A stretch of DNA of 64,000 nt from Nitrospirota bacterium (GTDB lineage Bacteria; Nitrospirota; UBA9217): assembly GCA_963749655.1 (NCBI GenBank), contig CAVVOB010000022.1:96001-160000 (forward strand), in the 5' to 3' direction. A model generated the notes under the pieces. It ran no database searches. It saw only the letters and a list, made by a program, of their open reading frames with translations, and was not told the DNA's origin. Within the stretch, counting starts at the first letter, position 1, and every line of letters starts with the position of its first letter. Of this stretch, positions 1 to 10,831 are shown piece by piece. Position numbers and translations under genes: made by a program.

Positions 1-508
1 ATAGAGCGCATCGCTCACCAGTTTTCCCGCTATGTCATCGCGATCGATGGTCTCCTGAAAGGCCTCGTGGTTCCTTATCGCGTCTGCTATGTATTGCCGT
101 TCCCTCAGCTCCATGCCGAGCCGGGAGAGGATCTTTTCCGCCTCGATGCTGCCCCGCACCGCATGATCCTGTTCTTTTCGTTTAATGTCGTGCAGGAGGC
201 CGGCGATGATAGAGGCGGTAAAGAGCGAATCGACGCTCGGGCCGGTCAATTTTGAGTGCTGAGGCTTCGATCAGGACGATCGTTCCTGCATCGCGGGCCA
301 CGGCCTCGCAGTGGCAAAGGCCATGGGCGCATTCCAGCTGGGACTCGTCCAGAAAGGTCCTGCAGGTTCGTATAAAGGGATGGGTCCGGAGGGTTTCCTC
401 AGCCCGGTTCACGAATGAGGCCTGCTCCCCGTAGAAGAGAGGCCGGGGAAGAGAACGGGCGAGCGTAAGAGCCTTGTCCTGCAGCTTCTGATATACAGCC
501 TGGGTCAT
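1..508 (-). CDS. HD-domain phosphohydrolase, frameshifted near 215-240, runs off the window start
   Basis: N-part ...HGLCHCEAVARDA... continues in another frame as IIAGLLHDIKRKEQDHAVRGS...AIRNHEAF...SDALY, the H...HD...H...D pattern of HD hydrolases. Confidence 0.7.
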
Positions 509-652
509 ACATTGATAATAATCGCTCAGAGCTCGTAATGTCAAGCGGAGAAGCGGCGGATTGAACAAATCCCCTTTCCTCTGGCGTTTATCCGTGTCTT
601 TAAATCCTGCATGAACGGCCTGCCGCGGTCAGGGTTCCGGAAAAGGTTCAGA

Positions 653-682
653 TTGACACTTCGTGGCTACATAGAGTATTAT
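653..682 (+). promoter_or_regulatory. Putative sigma70 promoter of guaA
   Basis: TTGACA-N18-TATTAT about 30 nt before the TTG start, with AAGGAG RBS. Confidence 0.5.
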
Positions 683-711
683 TCTTTACTTCGGCTTGAA
701 AGGAGAGCCCC

Positions 712-2282
712 TTGTCCGACATCCACAGCGAACGAATACTCATCCTCGACTTCGGTTCCCAATACACCCAGCTCATTGCGCGCCGGGTGCGCGAGGCCAA
801 AGTCTATTGCGAAATCCTGCCTTATAATGCGGGCCTTGACAAGGTCAAGGCTTTCCGTCCCAAGGGCCTCATCCTGTCAGGAGGCCCTTCGAGCGTCTAC
901 GACAGCGGCGCGCCGCTCATCGACCGAGCGCATCTCGATCTCGGCATCCCGGTCCTGGGCATCTGCTACGGCATGCAGCTTTTGACCCATGTGCTCGGCG
1001 GGACGGTGGCCAAATCGACCAAGCGCGAATACGGCAGGGCAGAGCTGAATCATTCACGAGAACGAAGGTCGTTTTCAAGGGAATCGGCGACGGGACGGGA
1101 TCACAACGCCAACTCGAAACTGTCGTATGGATGAGCCACGGCGACCGCATCGAGAAGATGCCCGAGGGTTTCCACGCTATCGCCCATACCGACAATTCGC
1201 CGACTGCCGCTATGGCGAACGAGCAGAGAAGGTTCTTCGGCGTCCAGTTCCACCCCGAGGTCGTTCATACGCCGCAGGGCGTCCAGATCCTGCGAAATTT
1301 CGTGTACGGGATCTGTAAATGTGAGCCGTCCTGGACCATGGCCTCCTTTGTGGAGTATTCCGTATCAGAGATTTGGAAAGCCGTCGGGGACAAACAGGCT
1401 GTCTGCGGCCTCTCGGGCGGTGTTGACTCGTCCGTGGCTGCCGTGCTGGTGCACAAGGCTATCGGCAAGCAGCTGACGTGCATTTTTGTCGACAACGGCG
1501 TCCTCAGGAAGAATGAAGCGGCATCGGTCCAGAACTCGTTCAAAAACATGGGGCTCAATCTCAAGTACGTGGACGCGTCCCGGGAATTCCTGTCCCGTCT
1601 CAAAGGCGTCGAGGACCCTGAGAAGAAGCGGAAGATCATCGGCAACACCTTCATCGAGGTCTTCGAGCGTGAGGCCCATGCGGTGGGCGGGGCCGAGTTC
1701 CTGGTCCAGGGCACGCTTTATCCCGATGTGATCGAAAGCGTGTCGTTCAAAGGGCCGTCGGCGGTCATCAAGTCGCATCACAACGTGGGCGGCCTGCCGG
1801 AAAAGATGAAACTGAAGCTTGTCGAGCCCCTGCGCGAGCTCTTCAAGGACGAGGTGCGCGCCATCGGGCGTGAGATGGAGATGCCCGACGACATTATCGA
1901 CCGCCAGCCCTTCCCGGGTCCGGGCCTTGCCATCCGCATCCTGGGCGAGGTGACCGAATCTCGTCTCGCCATTCTTCGCGAAGCAGACGCCATTGTCATT
2001 GAGGAGATCAAGAAGGCAGGCCTCTACAAGCAGATCTGGCAGTCCTTTGCCGTGCTGCTCCCCATCAAGACCGTGGGCGTCATGGGAGACGAACGGACTT
2101 ACGAGAACGTTGTCGCCATCCGCGCGGTCACGAGCCAGGACGGTATGACTGCGGACTGGGCGAAGGTCCCCTATGACCTGCTCGGCATCATGTCGAACCG
2201 CATCATCAATGAAGTTAAAGGCGTGAACCGCGTTTGCTTCGACATCTCGTCCAAGCCGCCGAGTACGATCGAATGGGAATAG
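712..2282 (+). CDS. guaA: GMP synthase (glutamine-hydrolysing), frameshift(s) near 1050-1130
   Basis: [15 protein letters not shown] in ORF 712-1134; [31 protein letters not shown] in ORF 1131-2282. Confidence 0.95.
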
Positions 2283-2338
2283 GACGTATGCCGGGCCTCC
2301 GAACCGATTGAATCCCACCCTGCGGCAGAGGAGGCACT

Positions 2339-4018
2339 GTGCCGGAAGCTGTCATTGTTTACGGAATATCGAATGCAGGGGTCCGGATCGCCCACTGCCT
2401 GCACGACCTGGGCCATCCCGTGACCCTCGTTGGATGTCCGGCTGATCAGCAGGTCCTGTCCCGAACCGAGGCCGAAGGCATCACAGTCCTCTGTGCGGAC
2501 ACCGGTGACTTCCGGCTGCTTGCCCGCCTCGGGCTCGCGACTGCCCGCTCCCTGGTCCTGCCCTCCGAGGACGAGCTTTTCAATCTCCAGGCCGCGTTGT
2601 ATGCCGTGGAGATCAATCCCCGTATCACCATTGTCATCCGTCTTTTCAACCTGAACCTGGCGAAAAAGCTCGAGGAGTGCGTAGGGAATTTTCGTGTGCT
2701 AAGCGCCTCACAGGTTGCTTCCCCCAGCTTCACAGCCGCAGCGGTCATCAAAAAGAACCTGCTTTCGTTCGAATTGCACAAAACCATCCATTCCCTGTTC
2801 GAAACGGACAGCCGGCGGTTTGCCGGAAGGACCGTTGCCGATATCCAGCAGCAGGAATCCGTCATCGTCGTATCCGTGAACCAGGACCTGTTTCCGGCGG
2901 AGAGCGTAGTTGTGCAGGCCGGTGACAGGCTTGCGCTGTTCTCCCCGCTGTCACAGGCAAAAAAACTGTCCCCGCCGGCCGGTGACGACGCTGCTGACGG
3001 AGCACCTCCCGGGCAGACCGTGACACCGGACGGTTTTCTGGCATCGTTCAAGCGCCTCGATCGCATTGCGGCGGGCACGTTAGCGATCCTGGCCGCCCTA
3101 GCGCTGCTCTCGATTGTGGCGCTTCACTTTTCAGAGGGGATGGGTTTCTTCAACGCCGCCTATGTGGTCCTGGCCATGCTGACGAGCGGCGGCTTCGAGG
3201 ACACGGCGTACCGTGATTATCACCAGCTGTCGAAATTCCTCATCATGCTGCTGATGGCCGCGGGCGTATCCGCAGTGGTGTTCCTGTTCGCCCTGGTGAG
3301 CGACGTTTTGCTTAAGAAGCGCTTTGACCTTCTCATGGGAAGAAAAAAACACAGGATTCGGGACCATGTGATCCTCTGTGGCATCGGTGACGTGGGGATC
3401 AGGATCCTTGAGGACTTGCTCGTGCTGGGCGAAAAGGTCGTGATCATCGAGAAAAACGCCGACGGCAGGTATCTGGGCGCCGTGACCCGGAGGGATGTGC
3501 CGCTGGTCATTTCCGATGCGACCCTGGAGGAGACCCTCGTCAATGCGAATATCGCCGGCGCAAAATCGATCATCTGCGCCACCGATGACGACATGAAAAA
3601 CCTGGAGATCGGACTGAACGCCAGGAGCTTTCATCCCGGAATCCAGGTTGTGCTTCGGATTTTCAACAAGGAATTCGCCGAAAAGATCGAGAAACACTTC
3701 AATATTCATGTGGCACTCAGCTCGTCCAGCATCGCTGCTCCGACCTTTGCATCCGCTGCAACGGACCTGGGCGTGATCAACATGGTGGCACTTGCAGGCA
3801 GAAGCTTGGTGCTGAAGGAGCGGATCGCGAGGGCCGGCGGGGATGGACCGATCGTCGGCCCGGGCAGCGCAAAAATCCTGCTCGTCGTCAGGAACGGAAA
3901 AGATTTTCTGTTCAGGAACGGCAGCGGGGTGGAGCCCGGTGACCGGCTCATCTATCTGGAAATGATGGAGACCGCGGTCCCGGGAGGGGCGGCCGATGCA
4001 ACATCGATGAAGAGATGA
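2339..4018 (+). CDS. Potassium channel-family protein with two TrkA-N (RCK) domains flanking a 2TM-pore module
   Basis: Rossmann-like VIVYGISNAG and HVILCGIGDVG; hydrophobic helices around a pore-like LTSGGFED segment. Confidence 0.75.
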   Translation: MPEAVIVYGISNAGVRIAHCLHDLGHPVTLVGCPADQQVLSRTEAEGITVLCADTGDFRLLARLGLATARSLVLPSEDELFNLQAALYAVEINPRITIVIRLFNLNLAKKLEECVGNFRVLSASQVASPSFTAAAVIKKNLLSFELHKTIHSLFETDSRRFAGRTVADIQQQESVIVVSVNQDLFPAESVVVQAGDRLALFSPLSQAKKLSPPAGDDAADGAPPGQTVTPDGFLASFKRLDRIAAGTLAILAALALLSIVALHFSEGMGFFNAAYVVLAMLTSGGFEDTAYRDYHQLSKFLIMLLMAAGVSAVVFLFALVSDVLLKKRFDLLMGRKKHRIRDHVILCGIGDVGIRILEDLLVLGEKVVIIEKNADGRYLGAVTRRDVPLVISDATLEETLVNANIAGAKSIICATDDDMKNLEIGLNARSFHPGIQVVLRIFNKEFAEKIEKHFNIHVALSSSSIAAPTFASAATDLGVINMVALAGRSLVLKERIARAGGDGPIVGPGSAKILLVVRNGKDFLFRNGSGVEPGDRLIYLEMMETAVPGGAADATSMKR

Positions 4019-4322
4019 CGACAGCGAGGTTATCATGACGCACGATGACGCTCGGTTCGGCAGAGACCTGTTGGTACGAAGGTCTGCCTGCGCAAGCGGT
4101 CAGGAAAAGTCATGTAGGGGCTGCGGTCGTGGAGAGCGGGCCTCGCAGCGCCGCATACCGGGCTGTATCGTGACGGGTATACGTCCAAGGCGCTCCGGTC
4201 GTCGGCGGGGGTATGCTGCAGGGCCGGAATAGGGCGAGAAATAGCGAGAAATAGCAGTTGACACAGCAGGCCGAGTCAGTGTACAAAAGAGGGCGCTTTA
4301 TTCAGGAGGTACCGGGAACAGC

Positions 4323-6005
4323 ATGGCAAACGAACCGAACAAGATCATCTACTCCATGGTCGGGGTGGGGAAGTTTTACGACAAGAAGCCTGTCCTGAAG
4401 GACATCTACCTCTCCTATTTTTTTGGCGCCAAGATCGGCGTACTGGGCCTGAACGGTTCGGGGAAAAGCTCGCTCCTGCGGATCATGGCGGGTATGGACA
4501 AGGAGCATGTGGGCGAGGCTGTGCTTTCGCCGGGCTATACCGTGGGCTTCCTTGAGCAGGAACCGAAGCTCGACCCGGAAAAGACCGTGCGCCAGATCGT
4601 GGAAGAGGGCGTGCAGGCTACAGTTGATCTCCTCGCGGAATACAACAAGATCAACGAGAGTTTTGCCAATCCTATGTCCGACGACGAGATGCAGAAGCTG
4701 ATCGAGCGGCAGGGCGAGGTGCAAGAAAAGCTGGACCACGCGAATGCCTGGGAGCTCGACAGCAGGCTTGAAATGGCCATGGATGCGCTTCGCTGCCCGG
4801 CCGGGGAAACGAAGGTGAACGTCCTTTCGGGCGGTGAAAAAAGGCGGGTGGCGCTCTGCCGCCTGCTGCTGCAGAAGCCCGACATCCTGCTGCTCGACGA
4901 ACCGACGAACCATCTTGACGCCGAGTCCGTTGCCTGGTTGGAGCACCATCTGAAAAACTACGAGGGCACGGTGATCGCCGTGACCCACGACCGCTATTTT
5001 CTCGATAACGTGGCAGGCTGGATACTTGAGCTTGACCGCGGCCAGGGCATCCCCTGGAAGGGGAACTACACGTCCTGGCTCGAACAGAAGGGTGAGCGGC
5101 TGAAGCTTGAGGAGAAAACCGAAAGCGAACGCCAGAAAACGCTTGCACGCGAGCTGGAGTGGATCAGGATGTCGCCCAAGGGCAGGCATGCGAAATCCAA
5201 GGCGCGCATCAACTCCTACGAAGAACTGCTCCGCCAGCAAACCGAAGCGCGCGGCAAGGAACTTGAGATCTACATCCCACCGGGACCGCGGCTCGGCAAG
5301 GTGGTGATCGAGGCAGAGAACGTAACCAAGGCCTTCGGCGACAATATTCTCGTGGAGAGCATGTCTTTCATGCTGCCGCCCGGAGGCATTGTGGGGGTCA
5401 TCGGGCCGAACGGTGCGGGCAAGACCACGCTTTTCCGCATGATCACGGGGCAGGACAAGCCGGATAAGGGCACGATCAGGATCGGCGAGACCGTAAAGCT
5501 CGCGTACGTGGACCAGAGCCGCGATGTGCTCGACTCGAACAAAACCATCTGGCAGGAGATCACCGGCGGTCAGGAACAGGTGCAGCTCGGCAAAATGCTG
5601 ATGAATTCCCGCGCCTACGTATCGCGTTTCAATTTCGGTGGGACGGACCAGCAGAAAAAGGTGGGCGTGCTGTCGGGAGGAGAGCGCAACCGGGTGCACC
5701 TTGCGCGCATCCTGAAGGAGGAAGCCAATGTGCTGCTCCTCGACGAGCCCACGAACGACCTCGACGTAAACACCATGCGGGCGCTCGAGGAGGGGCTCGA
5801 AAATTTTGCGGGCTGCGCGGTCGTGATCAGCCACGACCGCTGGTTCCTCGACAGGATCGCGACGCACATCCTTGCGTTCGAAGGAGACAGCAAGGTGGCC
5901 TTCTTTGACGGCAATTTTACGGAGTACGAAGAAGACCGGAAGAAGCGGCTTGGGGCCGATGCAGACCAGCCGCACCGCATCAAATACAGACACTTGACGA
6001 GATAA
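4323..6005 (+). CDS. ettA: Energy-dependent translational throttle ABC-F ATPase
   Basis: Two ABC domains ([18 protein letters not shown] twice), [19 protein letters not shown] linker, C-terminal PHRIKY. Confidence 0.93.
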   Translation: MANEPNKIIYSMVGVGKFYDKKPVLKDIYLSYFFGAKIGVLGLNGSGKSSLLRIMAGMDKEHVGEAVLSPGYTVGFLEQEPKLDPEKTVRQIVEEGVQATVDLLAEYNKINESFANPMSDDEMQKLIERQGEVQEKLDHANAWELDSRLEMAMDALRCPAGETKVNVLSGGEKRRVALCRLLLQKPDILLLDEPTNHLDAESVAWLEHHLKNYEGTVIAVTHDRYFLDNVAGWILELDRGQGIPWKGNYTSWLEQKGERLKLEEKTESERQKTLARELEWIRMSPKGRHAKSKARINSYEELLRQQTEARGKELEIYIPPGPRLGKVVIEAENVTKAFGDNILVESMSFMLPPGGIVGVIGPNGAGKTTLFRMITGQDKPDKGTIRIGETVKLAYVDQSRDVLDSNKTIWQEITGGQEQVQLGKMLMNSRAYVSRFNFGGTDQQKKVGVLSGGERNRVHLARILKEEANVLLLDEPTNDLDVNTMRALEEGLENFAGCAVVISHDRWFLDRIATHILAFEGDSKVAFFDGNFTEYEEDRKKRLGADADQPHRIKYRHLTR

Positions 6006-6009
6006 CCTG

Positions 6010-6041
6010 ATTGCGGATTGCGAAATGCGAATTGCGGAATG
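6010..6041. repeat. Heptamer (TGCGGAW-like) tandem repeat
   Basis: gattgcggattgcgaaatgcgaattgcggaat; same family at 18340, 34050, 35001. Confidence 0.6.
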
Positions 6042-6099
6042 AAATCCGGATAAGACTGTTCGTCCGTGTCTATCCGTGTTGCTATAGGGGAGGTTTGGA

Positions 6100-6417
6100 A
6101 TGTCGGAGTTCAAGAATGTGACCGTCGTAAAGAAGGCGAACGTCTATTTCGCGGGAAAGGTCACGAGCAGAACGGTCCTTTTTCCGGACGGGTCGAAAAA
6201 GACGCTCGGCGTGATGCTGCCGGGGGAGTTTGAATTCGGCACTGCGGACAAGGAAACCATGGAGATACTGTCCGGGAACCTCGAGGTGCTTCTGCCCGGG
6301 GAGACGTCCTGGAGAAACATCAGGGGAGGCCAGTCCTTTGAAGTACGGGCGAATGCAAAGTTTCAGCTGAAGGTAACGGAGTTGACGGACTACTGTTGCT
6401 CCTTCGTCAAGGGTTAA
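6100..6417 (+). CDS. ppnP: Pyrimidine/purine nucleoside phosphorylase (DUF1255)
   Basis: [14 protein letters not shown]...[16 protein letters not shown]...E.MEI, 105 aa. Confidence 0.9.
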   Translation: MSEFKNVTVVKKANVYFAGKVTSRTVLFPDGSKKTLGVMLPGEFEFGTADKETMEILSGNLEVLLPGETSWRNIRGGQSFEVRANAKFQLKVTELTDYCCSFVKG

Positions 6418-6529
6418 CGGAAGGAACGGCCTGACGCCGCAGGATCAGCATTCAAAGGGCTTGGGTCGGGAGGGGTGGCATTTTGCCGCTGACCTGCCGC
6501 CCGGATATTTTTCCGATAAGGGGGAAGCT

Positions 6530-7054
6530 ATGAAAAAGATCATTGTGATTAGTTCGGTTCTCCTTGCACTGGCAGCAGGTGCGTGCAGGCAGCAGGAGCA
6601 GAAACAGCAGGTATCCTACGCGCCTGCCGCTCCGCCGGCGGTCACAGATATTGAACAGTTTCAGCTGGCAGCCAGAAGCAATCCGAAGAGCGCGGAGGCA
6701 TGGACGAGGCTCGGCGATGCTATGATGGACTCTCAGCGGTTCAGCGAGGCGGTCGATGCCTATGCAAAATCCCTGGCCATCAATCCGAAGAATGTCAATG
6801 TCCTGGTCGACCTGGGGACCTGCTACCGCGGCGTCGGGAAATACGACATGGCTGTGAAGCAGTACCGGAAAGCGCTGGCGATCGACCCCGATTTTCCGAA
6901 TGCTCACCGCAATCTCGGTGTCGTGCTCGCCAACGACCTGCACAAAACCGATGAGGCGCTGAAGGAGTTCAAGCGGTACCTGGAACTCGTGCCGAGCGGA
7001 CCAGGGTCGGATCAGATCAGGCAGGCCATGCGTGAGTTATCGGGCCAGAAATAA
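6530..7054 (+). CDS. TPR-repeat lipoprotein
   Basis: Signal peptide ending LAAGAC, then TPR motifs (AWTRLGD...A, VLVDLGTCY, AHRNLG). Confidence 0.8.
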   Translation: MKKIIVISSVLLALAAGACRQQEQKQQVSYAPAAPPAVTDIEQFQLAARSNPKSAEAWTRLGDAMMDSQRFSEAVDAYAKSLAINPKNVNVLVDLGTCYRGVGKYDMAVKQYRKALAIDPDFPNAHRNLGVVLANDLHKTDEALKEFKRYLELVPSGPGSDQIRQAMRELSGQK

Positions 7055-7070
7055 CGACTGCAGGGCGACA

Positions 7071-7101
7071 GGCCCCGGACGATTTCGACCGGGGCTTTTT
7101 T
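7071..7101 (+). terminator. Intrinsic terminator
   Basis: GCCCCGG-loop-CCGGGGC followed by TTTTTT. Confidence 0.75.
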
Positions 7102-7201
7102 GTGCTCTTTGAAGAATGTGGAGTGAAAAAGGTGCTGAATCTACATTAGGTTTTCCCGATTCCGGGTCCGGCCTTCCGGCGTCGAAAGCAGGATAAACGC
7201 A

Positions 7202-8608
7202 ATGAATGATCGACAGTACAAAAAAACGGTGCTGGTCCTTATTTCCTTGTTTATCTTTCTGCATTTCCCCCTGCTGGTTCACACGGTCTCGCATTCCCAT
7301 AGCTGGCGTCAGGCAGATACGGCAGCCGTATCGAGGAATTTTTACGAAGAGTCCTTCAATTTTTTCTATCCAAGGGTCGATGCCAGGGGAGAACTGAGCG
7401 GCATAACTGGGATGGAGTTCCCGATGTATCAGTACCTGTCGGGAATACTGTATTTTGTTTTTGACACGGACGTCGACATTCCGGGGAAGCTGATTTCGCT
7501 GGTAAGCTCTGTCGTCGCCCTGATTTTTCTCATCGCGCTGGCAGCCAGCATAGACAAAACGATTACGGCTTCATCAATCGTTATCGTATATCTCACCTCC
7601 CCCTTCGTTTTCTTCTTTGCGACATCTTTCATGCCGGAACTGTTTGCTCTCAGTCTCGCACTGGCCGGGGTCTATTTTTTTACCCGTTATGAGCAGACGG
7701 GCCAGACCAACGAACTGATGGCGAGCATCCTGTTTCTTTGCCTTGCCAGCCTCTCGAGACCTTTTCTGATTTTTTTGTGCTATCCGCTGGTGCATACGTT
7801 TGTTGCCGACGTAAAAAAAGGGAAGTTCAACCGGGGGGTGTTTCTCGGAGGAACGGCGATACTCGCGGCATTCGCTTTCTGGTATTTTTACTGGTCGCCC
7901 TACCTGGTCCGGAAATTCGGTCTGGACATCTTTTTTTTCGGATCCGATTTGCACCATAACCTGGCAACCATGTCTTCATTTTCCTTCTGGTCTTTGCTGC
8001 TCAACGAAATAACCACCTCCTATCTCGGCTGGATATGGCTGCCGTTTACAGTGCACGGTTCTTGCGAATTATTTAGGAAGGGAAACCGTATCTATCGGTA
8101 TTTCCTGCTGGCCGGATTGATCGGTATTGTGGTGCTTGGATTGGTCTCGGGAAGGCACTTTTCCCCGCATTATTATTATTTGATTTGTCTCCTTCCCCTG
8201 TTGGTCATCAGCAGCGCTTTTTCCCTGGAGGCACTGTGCGGAAAGTTCAAAGTGAATCGTATGGCATTGGGCATCGCCCTCATTCTCATTATTTTTCTGA
8301 TCAAGATTCGCATCTATCGGGAAGATAGAGTTCTCATCGACACTATGGCTTCTATTCAACAGGCAACGGCGAAGAAGGACCTTGTTGTCGTAGAAACCAT
8401 AGGGGGGGTGGGCGGAGGCGGCGCAGGGAACTCTTATTCGCTCCATCATTTGAGAAGAAAAGGCTGGATTGTTACCAAGGAAGAGATAGCCTATCTCCCC
8501 TATATTCAGTTGCTGCACGATGAGGGCGCTCGATGGGTGATACCGCTGGAAAAGGGGAACTATTGCCTGTATCCGATTGCAGAGTGGGAGAAAAAAATAG
8601 CCGAATGA
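7202..8608 (+). CDS. GT-C fold glycosyltransferase (ArnT/family 39-like)
   Basis: WRQADTAAVSRNF, EFPMY motifs, multiple TM helices. Confidence 0.75.
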   Translation: MNDRQYKKTVLVLISLFIFLHFPLLVHTVSHSHSWRQADTAAVSRNFYEESFNFFYPRVDARGELSGITGMEFPMYQYLSGILYFVFDTDVDIPGKLISLVSSVVALIFLIALAASIDKTITASSIVIVYLTSPFVFFFATSFMPELFALSLALAGVYFFTRYEQTGQTNELMASILFLCLASLSRPFLIFLCYPLVHTFVADVKKGKFNRGVFLGGTAILAAFAFWYFYWSPYLVRKFGLDIFFFGSDLHHNLATMSSFSFWSLLLNEITTSYLGWIWLPFTVHGSCELFRKGNRIYRYFLLAGLIGIVVLGLVSGRHFSPHYYYLICLLPLLVISSAFSLEALCGKFKVNRMALGIALILIIFLIKIRIYREDRVLIDTMASIQQATAKKDLVVVETIGGVGGGGAGNSYSLHHLRRKGWIVTKEEIAYLPYIQLLHDEGARWVIPLEKGNYCLYPIAEWEKKIAE

Positions 8609-8787
8609 ACGGCGCGTCATTTTGTACTGAACAGTCTGCCGTTCGGAATCCCTCGTGCTGCCAGGCGTGCACGGAAAGCTTCTGCGAGCGCAACAACGGC
8701 AGGTCCTTTTTCATAGCGCTTTCGGCGATGAGCCTGGCCAGTCCTGATTCTCGTCCCTATCGGCTCAGCAGGGAGCGCGGTACTCCT

Positions 8788-10779
8788 TTACAGGTGCGTT
8801 CCCTGCCGTGCGCGCCACCAACCGATACCGTAGGCTTCATTCAGCATTTTTTTCAATTCCGTGCCGTCGGGCAGCTGCTTGGGCAGCGGTACGCCGGGAA
8901 GGGGATGGAACTGCGGCGGCTGAGTGCTCAGGTCGGCGATATAATCCCTGCCGATGATACGGTACTGGCCGATCCCGAAGAATTTTTTTCTCGGCGCAAG
9001 AAGGTCTTGTCCCACCGAATAATAGGTGAAACCCTTCGGGGCGGCGAGCTCGACGAGCGTCGGTGCAATATCGATGTGTCCCCCGGCCGCACCATCGGGC
9101 ATGGAGATCCCGCGCATGACATCAGATCCGTATAATATGAACGGCACGGCCGACCGCTCAAAGAAGCCCGGTTTCTGGTTGATGAACTTGCGTCCGAAGT
9201 GGTCACCCGTAAAGGCAAAGAGGGTCCTGGGAAGACTTTTTTCGGTTTTGCGCACAAAATCACCGAGACACTTGTCTGCATACCACAAATGGCCCAGCAT
9301 CTTGATGGTAAGCGAGTTGTCGAAAAACGGCGCAATGTCGTCGGGAACCTTTGTAAGAGGGAATCCTTTTCCCCACACGTCTACGTTGTAGGGCGGATGA
9401 TAGCTTGTATTCAAAATAAGGTTAAAGCTCGGCTGTGAATCGTCGATCTTTTCAGACACAAAGCTGAACAAATACTCGTCATCGACGCCCCATTCGTGGG
9501 TTGCAACGCCCTTGTTCATGTTCGGCGCGCCGTAGACTTCGTCAGCACCCTGGTCCCGCGCGAAATCGCCGAACCGCTGCCAGCTCAAATATCCTCCATA
9601 AAACAGGCGCGTCCGGTAGCCCATTCTTTTGAAATCTTCAAACAGCGATGACGGATAGGGTTTGTACGAGGACCGTTGGAAATTCATTTCGATCTGGGCG
9701 TAGGGGATGCTCGTCACGACCGTGGTGAGCGACTGCATCGTGCTGTCAGAGGAAGGCAGGAAGCTCGTGAAGTGCAGACCCTTCCTGCCGAATTCCGAAA
9801 GGTTGTGTGTCAGCCCGAAGGAAGCGTATTTCGGCAGGAACGGCCATGCATCGTAGCTTTCCATGATAAATAGAAATATATGCCGGGGCGGCGTTCCTTT
9901 CGGGCCCCGGGCATGTTTTTCCATATAGGAATCGAGGTCCGGATAGTTTGCATCGGTCTCGAAGAATTCGCGGGCGGCTTTTCGAACGTCTCCGTCAGGA
10001 AGGAAGGTTTCCACACCCGCTACACCGGTCTGTAATGCATGATCCTCCACTGCGAAGAGCAGCGAAAAAAAAGGATTGACGACTGATTTGTTCAAAAAAC
10101 CGTCCGCGGTAACGGCAATGTCCTTGCGCTGGGCCGGCCGGTCTCCGGCCCCGCCGCGCACGCCGGTAAGGACCAGCCCGGCAATGACCAGGGCGGCCGT
10201 GATTTTTACAACAAGAGGTATGCGGAGCGACGCGATGACGTTGTCGGACAGGAAGCCGTTTCCGACAAAGCGGTTGTTCAGTTTCTGGACCAATGCGATG
10301 ATGATGCCGATACCCGTAAAGACAAGAATCGGGTGGTAGTTTGCCCAGATGGTGAGCAGGATCGCCTTCGTGTCGTCGTAATACAGGTTGAAGATGAAGT
10401 GGTTGAACTGGTCGTCGTATTCCCTGAAGTAAACAAAGGTGAAGATCCAGGCGATCGACGTGAGAAGAACGAAGGCAGCGCCGAATCCCTTGCGCAGACG
10501 GTGAGGGAGAGAACCAAGATCAACGAACCCCGAAACCACGCCGGCCAGAAAGGGTAAGGCGATCCAGCAGGTTGAAAGCATGGAGTCGAAGCGGAGTCCG
10601 GTAAGTACGGTCAGGAGAACGCTCACAGTGCCGCTCGCAGCTTCCATTTTGTTCCGGTAGTACGCCAGGAAAGAAAGGCGAAAGAACAGCAGGTAAAGCA
10701 TGAAAAAAAGCCACTGCTTTACGTCGCGCTGAAAGTGGATGAGGAATCGGTTGAATCCTTTTGCCGGATCGGTGTTCAT
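8788..10779 (-). CDS. LTA synthase family / sulfatase-fold membrane protein
   Basis: N-terminal TM region (GLRFD), FIMESY, NTSYHPPY, YADKCLGDF, FTGDH motifs. Confidence 0.85.
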   Translation of the reverse strand: MNTDPAKGFNRFLIHFQRDVKQWLFFMLYLLFFRLSFLAYYRNKMEAASGTVSVLLTVLTGLRFDSMLSTCWIALPFLAGVVSGFVDLGSLPHRLRKGFGAAFVLLTSIAWIFTFVYFREYDDQFNHFIFNLYYDDTKAILLTIWANYHPILVFTGIGIIIALVQKLNNRFVGNGFLSDNVIASLRIPLVVKITAALVIAGLVLTGVRGGAGDRPAQRKDIAVTADGFLNKSVVNPFFSLLFAVEDHALQTGVAGVETFLPDGDVRKAAREFFETDANYPDLDSYMEKHARGPKGTPPRHIFLFIMESYDAWPFLPKYASFGLTHNLSEFGRKGLHFTSFLPSSDSTMQSLTTVVTSIPYAQIEMNFQRSSYKPYPSSLFEDFKRMGYRTRLFYGGYLSWQRFGDFARDQGADEVYGAPNMNKGVATHEWGVDDEYLFSFVSEKIDDSQPSFNLILNTSYHPPYNVDVWGKGFPLTKVPDDIAPFFDNSLTIKMLGHLWYADKCLGDFVRKTEKSLPRTLFAFTGDHFGRKFINQKPGFFERSAVPFILYGSDVMRGISMPDGAAGGHIDIAPTLVELAAPKGFTYYSVGQDLLAPRKKFFGIGQYRIIGRDYIADLSTQPPQFHPLPGVPLPKQLPDGTELKKMLNEAYGIGWWRARQGTHL

Positions 10780-10831
10780 GGAATTGTTCTTTCGTGCGGT
10801 GACATGCGGCGGCCGCTTCGGCAGCCCCATG

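Noticed and set aside
1050-1134. Programmed frameshift or naturally split guaA
   Set aside because: The break is inside the glutaminase domain, there is no slippery site, and similar indels occur throughout the window
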